IMG/VR virus record: IMGVR_UViG_3300050821_011467
Location: 10,261 to 74,260 of that record
From: a virus
DNA: 64,000 nt
Direction: 5' to 3' (one strand)
Below the pieces are notes generated by a model. The model had not been told where the DNA came from, did no database searches, and was given only the letters and a program-made list of their open reading frames with translations. The translations under genes were made by a program, and so were the position numbers. Below, in pieces: positions 56,667-64,000 of the stretch; the first letter of the stretch is position 1; each line of letters starts with the position of its first letter.

Positions 56667-57325
56667 GCGGGTTTCCGCCTTTTGGCACTATCGTGGGAGG
56701 GCTCCCGTCTGGAGCGTTTGGCGCATTAAATCTAGTGGCGCTCGACCTCAGTCTTATCAGAGGGCTGACGACCCCTAACCCCGAGTCGTTGTGGCGGGGG
56801 CAAATTCGGATGATCGATCCGGGAGGGTACGGATTGATCCCCCAGGTCACCATCGACGAGGACGCCGACGATGAGCTGATCATCACCGAGCACCCGGTCG
56901 AATACGGGGCGGCGATCACCGATCATGCCTACAAACGCCCCGCCGAGGTTCGCCTCCGGCTCGGCTGGTCAAACGCCTATATCGGCGATGTACGGCTCGT
57001 CTACGAGCAGATCCAGGCACTGCAGCTGTCGCGCAAGCCGTTTCTGGTTTTCACCGGAAAACGCATTTATCAGAATATGCTGATCGCCAGTCTGCGCACG
57101 CACACCGACGCCAAGCTCGAGTACAGCTTTATCGCCGATATCGTCTTTCGCCAGATCATCCTGGTGTCGACGCAAACCTTGCCGGCGAGCGCCAATCCAC
57201 AGAACCTCGGGTCACCTCAACAAAATCAGCCGAGTGCAGATACCGGGCCAGTGCAGCCGCAGCCGGTTCCCGACACCTCGATCCCCGACGGCACGGTGAC
57301 CATCTCGGATCTCGAGGCTCACTGA
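56663..57325 (+). CDS. baseplate/distal tail protein
   Basis: LIITEHPVEYGAAITDHAYKRP; TGKRIYQNMLI. Confidence 0.85.
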   Translation: MSGFPPFGTIVGGLPSGAFGALNLVALDLSLIRGLTTPNPESLWRGQIRMIDPGGYGLIPQVTIDEDADDELIITEHPVEYGAAITDHAYKRPAEVRLRLGWSNAYIGDVRLVYEQIQALQLSRKPFLVFTGKRIYQNMLIASLRTHTDAKLEYSFIADIVFRQIILVSTQTLPASANPQNLGSPQQNQPSADTGPVQPQPVPDTSIPDGTVTISDLEAH

Positions 57326-57328
57326 GCG

Positions 57329-57637
57329 GTGGCAACCGTCGAGATCCCGCTGGCCTCGCGCCCGCAGCGCTTTAGCGTGACGCTGGACGGCGTGCAGTAT
57401 CAGATGCGGCTTTACTGGCTGGACCCGGCGCAATGCTGGGCGCTCGACATCGCCGATCGGTTTAGCACCCCGCTGGTCAACGGCGTGCCGTTGGTTACCG
57501 GCGCCGATCTTCTGCGGCAATACCGCTATCTCGGGTTTGGTGGTCACATGATTGTCGTCAGCCAGATAAAGCCGCCCGACACGGTGCCGGGCTGGACCGA
57601 CCTCGGGGTCACCGGACATATCTTTTGGGTTAGCTGA
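57329..57637 (+). CDS. baseplate plug-like protein
   Basis: EIPL...PQRF.V.L.G; GVPLVTGADLL.QY.YLG. Confidence 0.8.
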   Translation: MATVEIPLASRPQRFSVTLDGVQYQMRLYWLDPAQCWALDIADRFSTPLVNGVPLVTGADLLRQYRYLGFGGHMIVVSQIKPPDTVPGWTDLGVTGHIFWVS

Positions 57638-57638
57638 G

Positions 57639-58790
57639 ATGCCTGATCCAGGTTATTCAATACCGAGTTACCCGGGTGCTCAATCTGGCACTCAGGGAAA
57701 TCTCAATGATCAGTACTTGCGGCGGTGGACGCTGTCGCTCGGAAAATCGGGGGCTCCGCTCAGCCAGACGGCGCAAGGCCCGGTGCAATCCGGAGCGATG
57801 AAGGTGCTGACTACCGAAACGCCGGGCTACGACTTTCGCATGGTGTTTCGCATCCGGCACGCCGATTTTGACACGCCCGGCACGGCTGAGATCAGGATCT
57901 ATAACCTGGCCGACAGCACTGCGGCCGACGTGATCAACGAATGGGACGCGGTGACCCTGCAGGCCGGGTATCAGACTGGGCATTACGGGATCATCTTCAA
58001 AGGCACCATCCGGCAATACAAGCGCGGCCGAGAAAACGCTACCGACAGCTATCTCGACATCTTTGCAGCCGACGGCGACGCCGCTCTTAATTTTGCGCAA
58101 ATGAATACTACGATAAAAAATCCGACGTTAACAAACGTCCAAAAAGCCATTGCCGACGCTAAGCAGAAGGCCCAGCAAGATCTGACGATCGGCGAGATGG
58201 CAGAGGGGAGCGGGTTGGGCCCTAACTTTACCCGCCCGGCGATCCTCTATGGCAGCGCCGTCGACGAGGCGCGGGCCTATGGCAAAACTACCGGCACCAC
58301 TTGGTCGGTCCAGAATGGCGTTTTGCAAAACACCAAGACGACCGCCTATGCGCGCGGCGAAATGCCGGTGATCAATTCCGGTACTGGCATGATCGGCATC
58401 CCCGAGGTCACCCAGGACGGGATTTTGATCAAAACCCTGCTCAACCCGAATTATTACATCAAGCAACGCGTTCAGGTTGATAACCGCAGCCTTAACAATG
58501 TCTTGTTGCCAGGCGGGCAAGAGCTGAGCGGACAGGACGAGACCTTCACTTTCCCGCGATACGTTGGCCCTGGCCAATTTTTTGCCGCGACCAATCGCGA
58601 CGGGATCTATTGCATTTTGGTGATTGATCAGGAAGGCGACACCCGCGGACTGCCGTGGTACTCGCATCTGACCTGCATCAATGTCGACCCGACGGCGAAA
58701 CAAAATAGTGTACCGGCAGGCAGTCTGGATTTCTCGGGCAACCCTCCGGCGTTTTTGATCCCCGGCACCGATACCGACCTGAATCGGTAA
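57639..58790 (+). CDS. baseplate hub protein
   Basis: AEIRIYNL; LQAGY...GIIFKG.I; WSVQNG; NSGTGMIG.PE; LLNP; GDTRG..WY. Confidence 0.85.
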   Translation: MPDPGYSIPSYPGAQSGTQGNLNDQYLRRWTLSLGKSGAPLSQTAQGPVQSGAMKVLTTETPGYDFRMVFRIRHADFDTPGTAEIRIYNLADSTAADVINEWDAVTLQAGYQTGHYGIIFKGTIRQYKRGRENATDSYLDIFAADGDAALNFAQMNTTIKNPTLTNVQKAIADAKQKAQQDLTIGEMAEGSGLGPNFTRPAILYGSAVDEARAYGKTTGTTWSVQNGVLQNTKTTAYARGEMPVINSGTGMIGIPEVTQDGILIKTLLNPNYYIKQRVQVDNRSLNNVLLPGGQELSGQDETFTFPRYVGPGQFFAATNRDGIYCILVIDQEGDTRGLPWYSHLTCINVDPTAKQNSVPAGSLDFSGNPPAFLIPGTDTDLNR

Positions 58791-58792
58791 AA

Positions 58793-59668
58793 ATGGACCC
58801 GCGCGAGCGCTTTGACAATCCGACCGAGGTGTTCCGCAACGGCACGGAACGCGCCCTCAGCCGGGTCTGGACAGCGATGCCGGTGCATGTCCTTGAGGAC
58901 TCCGACGGGTTCACCGTCGAGCTGCAACCGACGATTAAGGGCCGGGATGAGATCCTGGGAAAAGACGTTGAGATGCCGACGCTTGGCAAAGTGCCGGTGC
59001 AATTCGCCGCCGGCGGCGGCTTTACGATCACCCACCCGATCAAAAAAGGCGACGAGGGGATCGCTGTATTCTCCGCGCGGAATATCGATCAGTGGTGGGA
59101 CAAGGGCGGGGTGCAGCCGCAGGGGTACCTGCGCACGCACAATCTCAGCGACGCGATGTACATCCCCGGCATCCGGTCAAAACCGCGCGCCCTTGGCGGC
59201 AACCCCAACAGTCAAAGCGGCAACGGCGCGGCTCAGCATATCGTCATTGATCTGCGCAACGGGCAACAACAACAGACCAGGAAGGTCTCGACCGACAAGC
59301 TCGAGGTCCGCACCGACAAGGGCGATGTTTGCATTGAGGTGACCAACGACAGCGTCAACATCTACTGCCCGGAAAAGGTCACCGTAAAGTGCAAGGAGAT
59401 GGACATCACGGCATCCCAAAAGCTGCATATCGAAACGCCGCTGGTCGAGATCCTCGCCAGCAACAAGATCCATATCGAGAGCCCGCTGGTCGAGACCAAC
59501 GGCCGGATCACCGCCGAGAAGGATATCCACACCGACCAGAATGTCACCGCTAACGGCGACATCACCGCCAACGGCGATGTCCGGGCCGGCGGGGTGAGCC
59601 TCCGGCATCATACGCACGGCGGCGTCCGTGGGGGCTTTGAGCACACCCAACCACCCGACGGAGGATAA
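58793..59668 (+). CDS. Gp138-like baseplate spike
   Basis: VPVQF..GGGF.IT.PI..GDE...VFS.R.ID.WW..G; R.HNLSD; terminal SLRHHTHGGV. Confidence 0.9.
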   Translation: MDPRERFDNPTEVFRNGTERALSRVWTAMPVHVLEDSDGFTVELQPTIKGRDEILGKDVEMPTLGKVPVQFAAGGGFTITHPIKKGDEGIAVFSARNIDQWWDKGGVQPQGYLRTHNLSDAMYIPGIRSKPRALGGNPNSQSGNGAAQHIVIDLRNGQQQQTRKVSTDKLEVRTDKGDVCIEVTNDSVNIYCPEKVTVKCKEMDITASQKLHIETPLVEILASNKIHIESPLVETNGRITAEKDIHTDQNVTANGDITANGDVRAGGVSLRHHTHGGVRGGFEHTQPPDGG

Positions 59669-59672
59669 TCGC

Positions 59673-59912
59673 ATGGCAGACCAGATAACCGGGCTGGTGA
59701 CCGCCGCCTGGTGCGGCAATTACTGCCCGAAGTTCCGCGTCAACGACGTGGTCTACGGGCTCAGCCCAAGCGACACCACGGCGATCTTCCGGTGGACCCT
59801 GATCCTGCAGCGCATGGCAGCCAACCAGCCGGTAACGCTGGAGACCAGCGGTGTGGTGCTCGGCAACCCCGATGCCCCGGAGACCTTCCCCAACTGCACG
59901 CTGATCACCTAG
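59673..59912 (+). CDS. hypothetical protein
   Basis: GGAGG RBS; 79 aa. Confidence 0.55.
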   Translation: MADQITGLVTAAWCGNYCPKFRVNDVVYGLSPSDTTAIFRWTLILQRMAANQPVTLETSGVVLGNPDAPETFPNCTLIT

Positions 59913-59919
59913 GGGCCCG

Positions 59920-60393
59920 GTGACCTTTCGCTATCGCGCGCTTGACGCCAACGGGGACATGACCTTTGGCAGAGGGGCGGCCAACTTCCTCGTCGATAGC
60001 CCCGCCGCGGTCGCGCAGGCGATCCTGACGCGGCTCAATCTGTGGACTGGAGAATGGTGGCTCGATCTTTCAATCGGGACTCCCTGGCTACAGCAGATCC
60101 TCGGCAAGCCGCGCGGGCCCGGAAGTCCTGACGCGGCGATCCGTCAGCGCATCCTGACCACGCCGTATGTGACCAACCTGACCGATTACGCTTCAAACTA
60201 CAACCCGACCAACCGCAGCTGGGTGGTGTCTTGCAAAGTATTCACCGCCTTTGGCCAGGTGACCAACCCGCAACCGGGGATCTCGGTGACGCCTTCAGGA
60301 AGCATAGTGTTTCGCCTGACCCCGGTGGCGAGTGTTTCACGTGAAACACCTGCGCTGGCCGCACCGCAGCGCCGGCTGACAGCACCGCGCTAA
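59920..60393 (+). CDS. baseplate wedge protein (gp25/W-like)
   Basis: YRALD.NGD.TFG.G..NFL.DSP.AVAQA..TRL.LW.GEW.LD...GTPW. Confidence 0.85.
   Translation: MTFRYRALDANGDMTFGRGAANFLVDSPAAVAQAILTRLNLWTGEWWLDLSIGTPWLQQILGKPRGPGSPDAAIRQRILTTPYVTNLTDYASNYNPTNRSWVVSCKVFTAFGQVTNPQPGISVTPSGSIVFRLTPVASVSRETPALAAPQRRLTAPR
60333..60348. promoter_or_regulatory. parS: parS site
   Basis: Perfect palindrome TGTTTCACGTGAAACA within the 3' extension of the wedge gene. Confidence 0.9.
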
Positions 60394-60423
60394 CCCGCCG
60401 AGCCTTCTTTCCGCGCCTAAACA

Positions 60424-60450
60424 GGCCGCCGTTCTGGCGGCCATTTTTTT
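60424..60450 (+). terminator. terminator-like hairpin
   Basis: GGCCGCC-gttct-GGCGGCC-A-T7. Confidence 0.6.
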
Positions 60451-60466
60451 GGGGGACCACCCTCTT

Positions 60467-61588
60467 ATGCCGCAGAACGACTTTTTGCCGTTTTCGACTG
60501 GCGCGGGCGCCAACGTCGTCACGCAATCGAACTACGCGAACGATCCTGTGACGGCGGCCGGCTTTTCCTCCGGCATTGCGCCATCGGCGAAGTTTAACAA
60601 GGTGTGGCGGCAGTCTTCGTTTGTCTCCTCGGCGCTGGCGCAGCTGGTCTGTGATCAGCTCGGGATCGACATTCTCGATGACGGGAACATGGCCGAGTTC
60701 AAGGCCAATCTGCGCGCGGCGTTACTCGGGCTCAACCCGCGCCAGGTGGCGCCGATCGGCGGCACGCAGTTCTGGGTAAATGTGGCGACCGGCAGTGACG
60801 CCAACACCGGCATCAGCCCGAGCGTACCCTGGAAGACGCTGCAACAGGCGGCCAACTATGTCGCCGAAAATGTCGACGCCAATCTGCAAAAAATCATAGT
60901 CAACATCGCCGACGGCACCTATCCGGGTTTTACCCTAAACAGCCCAGTGCTCGGGTTGTCGGATCCAAGCAATCTGGTCTTTCTCGGCAACACGGCTTCT
61001 CCCCAGAACGTGGTCATCCAATCCCCTGCCGGCGGTGGTGTTACTGCCTGTGTCTCCGCGCAAAATGGCGCGATGTTTCTGATACAGGGTGTGCGGTTTA
61101 GCTCGACCGGCACTGGGATTTGGATCAATAATTTTGGTCGCGTGCGCTACGGTTTTTGTGATTTCGCGGCCTGCGCCGGGGATCACGTATATTGCGAATT
61201 TCATTCACATGCGCGGATGCTGAACAATTGCACGGTCAGCGGCAGTGCCAACAACCACATTCATCTTAGAGCCGCGGCAACCTTTATAACGGCGGGCCCG
61301 CTGACCTTAAACATGATCGGGACGCCGCATTGGGGGAGTCAGTTTTTGGGGGCCGGTGGTAACTCGTATGTCGATTTTAATGATCAGGACTCCCCGCTGG
61401 CTGGAAGTGGCAGCCTGGTCTTTAGCGGCCCATCAACCGGGCGGCGCTTTTGGGTGCATGGCGGCGCTGTGGTGCACACCAATGTCGGCGACGCCGCGAC
61501 GCCAAATTATCTGCCGGGCGACGCCCCCGGGCTGATCGATACCGCAACCTATGGCGTCTACAATTCAGGCGGCGGCGGCGAAGGCTAG
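60467..61588 (+). CDS. tail fiber/spike protein with beta-helix-like body
   Basis: NDFLPF.TGAGANV..Q..Y...GFSSG.A.SA..NKVWRQ fiber N-terminus; TGSD.N.G.S...PWKTLQ.A; IADGTY. Confidence 0.8.
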   Translation: MPQNDFLPFSTGAGANVVTQSNYANDPVTAAGFSSGIAPSAKFNKVWRQSSFVSSALAQLVCDQLGIDILDDGNMAEFKANLRAALLGLNPRQVAPIGGTQFWVNVATGSDANTGISPSVPWKTLQQAANYVAENVDANLQKIIVNIADGTYPGFTLNSPVLGLSDPSNLVFLGNTASPQNVVIQSPAGGGVTACVSAQNGAMFLIQGVRFSSTGTGIWINNFGRVRYGFCDFAACAGDHVYCEFHSHARMLNNCTVSGSANNHIHLRAAATFITAGPLTLNMIGTPHWGSQFLGAGGNSYVDFNDQDSPLAGSGSLVFSGPSTGRRFWVHGGAVVHTNVGDAATPNYLPGDAPGLIDTATYGVYNSGGGGEG

Positions 61589-61590
61589 TA

Positions 61591-62826
61591 ATGCCCGGGC
61601 CGTATCCACTTCAAACTTTGAGTGTATCGATCAACGCCGACGGGATTACTGCGCCGCCATTTGAAGACATCTTGGCCAGCCTCCAGGCGAGCTGGATGCA
61701 GATCTACGGCTCGGATGTGTACCTGGCGCCCGACAGTCAGGACGGGCAGCTCCTCGCGGTGCAAGCTCAGGCGATCCATGACACCAACCAGGCGCTGATC
61801 GCCGGCTACTTCTCGTATGCGCCGACCACCGCTCAGGGCGTCGGGCTCTCCTCGGTCGTCAAGATCAACGGGTTGCGGCGGCTGTCGCCCAGCAACAGCA
61901 CGGTCGAGGTGTTGCTGGTCGGCCAGGCCGGCACGACGATCAACAATGGTGTGGTCAGCGACGGCTTTAACGTCCTGTGGAATTTGCCGCCACAGGTGGT
62001 GATCCCGGTTGAGGGGCAGATCCTGGTCACTGCGATCGCCCAGCAACCGGGCGCCATCCTGGCCGCACCCGACACGGTGACGACGATCCAGACCACGGTG
62101 CCGGGCTGGCAGACCGTCACCAACCCGGCTTCGGCTTTCCCGGGACTGCCCGTTGAGAGCGACGCGACGCTGCGCAAGCGGCAGGCGTTCTCGACGAGCC
62201 TGCCGGCGGTCACCCCGCGCGAGACGCTGGCGGGTGCGGTGGCCAATGTCGCCGGGGTCGGGCGCTCGGTCGTTTATGACAACGACAGCGATGTCTACGA
62301 CGTGAATTTGGTACCTCCCCACTCGGTCGCGGTGGTGGTCGAAGGCGGTGACGCGTTCGAACTCGGCACCGTCATCGCGCTAAAGAAAAACACCGGTTGC
62401 GGCACGCACGGCACCACCCAGCAGATCGTCTACGACCAGGAGGGGGTGCCAAACGTCGTAAACTTTTTTTTCATGTCGTCGATCCCGGTCTGGGTCGTGA
62501 TCACGATCCAGCCACTGACCGGCTATCTCGATACGACCGGGCAGCTGATCATCAAATCGATTGTCGAGTACGCGGCGAGCGCGCCGATCGGCGAGGATGT
62601 CTACGCCTCACGGCTGGCCGCGCCCGCGGATCTCGCGGGAGACGCCGCGATGCGCGCCTCTGGGCTCACCCAGCAGCAGCTTGACGCGCTGTCACTTCAG
62701 TACGTCGTGCGCAGCATCTGGCTCGGGACGGAAGTGAACCCGACGAGCTCAGCCGACGTGGTCATCCCGTTTAACGCCGCCGCCTCGGTCAACGCCAGCA
62801 ACATCACGCTGGTGGTGGCACCATGA
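61591..62826 (+). CDS. baseplate J-like protein
   Basis: GITAP.F..IL; IYGSD.YL.PDSQDGQ; VKING.RR; ESDA.LR.RQ; PPHS...VVEGG. Confidence 0.92.
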   Translation: MPGPYPLQTLSVSINADGITAPPFEDILASLQASWMQIYGSDVYLAPDSQDGQLLAVQAQAIHDTNQALIAGYFSYAPTTAQGVGLSSVVKINGLRRLSPSNSTVEVLLVGQAGTTINNGVVSDGFNVLWNLPPQVVIPVEGQILVTAIAQQPGAILAAPDTVTTIQTTVPGWQTVTNPASAFPGLPVESDATLRKRQAFSTSLPAVTPRETLAGAVANVAGVGRSVVYDNDSDVYDVNLVPPHSVAVVVEGGDAFELGTVIALKKNTGCGTHGTTQQIVYDQEGVPNVVNFFFMSSIPVWVVITIQPLTGYLDTTGQLIIKSIVEYAASAPIGEDVYASRLAAPADLAGDAAMRASGLTQQQLDALSLQYVVRSIWLGTEVNPTSSADVVIPFNAAASVNASNITLVVAP

Positions 62827-62827
62827 G

Positions 62828-63112
62828 TTAAGGCCACCATCCTTTTTTGTCTATGTGCAGCTTGGCGAGCATGGCCGGAGTGCCGTCCGGCCGGTAACCG
62901 GGACGCTCGTCGATCCAATGCGCGCCGCAGATCCCGCAGATGCATTCCTTAGCGCCGTCGCCTGGTCCGGGCACGTAATGCTCCGGAGCAAAATCGGTGA
63001 ACCATTTGGATTTGATCATCTTCCGGTTTGCAACAAGGTCATGGTTCACGGTGCAGATGTAATGCCCGTTCTCGCAGGTCACCTTGGCGCCAGGGGGGAG
63101 CATCTTTGTCAT
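62828..63112 (-). CDS. antisense-oriented small zinc-binding protein
   Basis: VTCENGHYIC and CICGICG; exactly fills the gap between baseplate J and DUF2612. Confidence 0.6.
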   Translation of the reverse strand: MTKMLPPGAKVTCENGHYICTVNHDLVANRKMIKSKWFTDFAPEHYVPGPGDGAKECICGICGAHWIDERPGYRPDGTPAMLAKLHIDKKGWWP

Positions 63113-64000
63113 GGCGGCACCTGAAGATTATTTCAGCAAAATCGCCGCTGAGCACAGCCAACGCCCGCGCTTTATGGCCACGGTGGCGCTGTCGGTGCAA
63201 CCCTATGTCGACGGCATCAATGCCGCCAACTCGCTGATCGGGCTCTTCGACCTCGACAGCGCGGTCGGCGAGCAACTGGATTTTTTAGGGCAATGGGTGG
63301 GCGTGTCGCGCTACATCGCGGTCGAGACCCACAAGTGGTTCACCCTCGACGAACACCACTACGATCTGGGGCTCGATCAGGGGCTATGGCTGACCCCCTA
63401 CGACACCGCCAGCGAGCTCGTGCCGCTCGACGACAGCCAGTATCGCGCGCTGCTCCATGGCCGGATCATCGCCAACCAGTGGGACGGGACGATTCCGGGG
63501 CTCTACGAGGCGTGGAACGCGGTGTTCTACGGCACCGGGTATCAGGTGCTGATCCAGGACGGCATGACCCGCGCCGAGACGGATTTCACACTCGACTTTA
63601 TGGGCCGCGGGCTCGATCAGAGCCTGTGGTACGAGGTGCCCAAGCTCGACACGTTGATCTACTTTAGCCTGGATAGTACCGATCCCGCCCAGGGGCTCGA
63701 TCAAGGCTTGCTGCTCGGCCCGCCAGGCAGCGAGATCCTGCTGCCGGTGGCGCGCACCAACGGCAACATGCACCTGATCGAGGCGCTGCTCGGCCCGCCC
63801 GTCGATCCGCTCACTCAGGCGCTGTTTACCGGCGATTATCTGGGGCTCAAATCAGCCGGGGTCGGGGTCGACTATTACCGGCAAAATCAGGGGCCGGCGG
63901 CCGGGCATCCGCCTGACGGGACCTCGGGGATCGGGCTGCCGCTGTTCTGCCTCGATGCCCAGGCCGAGCGATCCTACTGGCTGAGCTTAGACACGGCGGG
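63111..64000 (+). CDS. DUF2612 baseplate protein (runs off the window edge)
   Basis: Hand translation: EHSQRPRFMATV...FDLDSAVGEQLDFLGQWVGVSR...IIANQWDGT. Confidence 0.85.
   Translation, partial: MAAPEDYFSKIAAEHSQRPRFMATVALSVQPYVDGINAANSLIGLFDLDSAVGEQLDFLGQWVGVSRYIAVETHKWFTLDEHHYDLGLDQGLWLTPYDTASELVPLDDSQYRALLHGRIIANQWDGTIPGLYEAWNAVFYGTGYQVLIQDGMTRAETDFTLDFMGRGLDQSLWYEVPKLDTLIYFSLDSTDPAQGLDQGLLLGPPGSEILLPVARTNGNMHLIEALLGPPVDPLTQALFTGDYLGLKSAGVGVDYYRQNQGPAAGHPPDGTSGIGLPLFCLDAQAERSYWLSLDTA

Noticed and set aside
13404-60295. 12/14 near-matches of other predicted guide targets (near 13404 and 60282)
   Set aside because: Two-mismatch 14-mers are expected by chance in 64 kb on both strands

Overview
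The whole window reads as one tailed-phage genome segment (~62% GC by eye). It has a contractile-tail morphogenesis module of the Bcep781/OP2-like type: terminase, DUF1073 portal, MuF, DUF2213 protease, DUF2184 capsid, DUF4054, DUF3383 sheath, DUF3277 tube, tape measure, Gp138 spike, baseplate J and DUF2612, from ~31.9 kb to the truncated right edge. The left half holds early, replication and accessory genes (tRNA-Thr, RecT-like annealase, Cro/XRE regulators, DnaB_N-AAA helicase, VRR-NUC). SciP-like and GapR-like genes point to an alphaproteobacterial host. No integrase is visible in the window. The top signal is at 22841-24378: a 36-bp dual-repeat array (GAGCGAGCCA-N8-GAGAGCACCA-N8; 15 units upstream, ~4.5 downstream) surrounding a 265-aa nuclease-less IS110/Nop-domain gene. 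This fits an RNA-guided TIGR-Tas (TasA-like) system. Its paired spacers show an excess of 2-nt complementary ends, implying 14-bp targets with a shared core, and one guide matches the phage itself perfectly at 62923-62936. Other notable items are four perfect parS palindromes in the late region, small genes joined by a repeated RBS/stop/start junction, a kinase-like plus ADP-ribosyltransferase fusion, a PEP-CTERM protein and a Tae2-like amidase. All family calls come from motif recognition by eye; no database searches were run.
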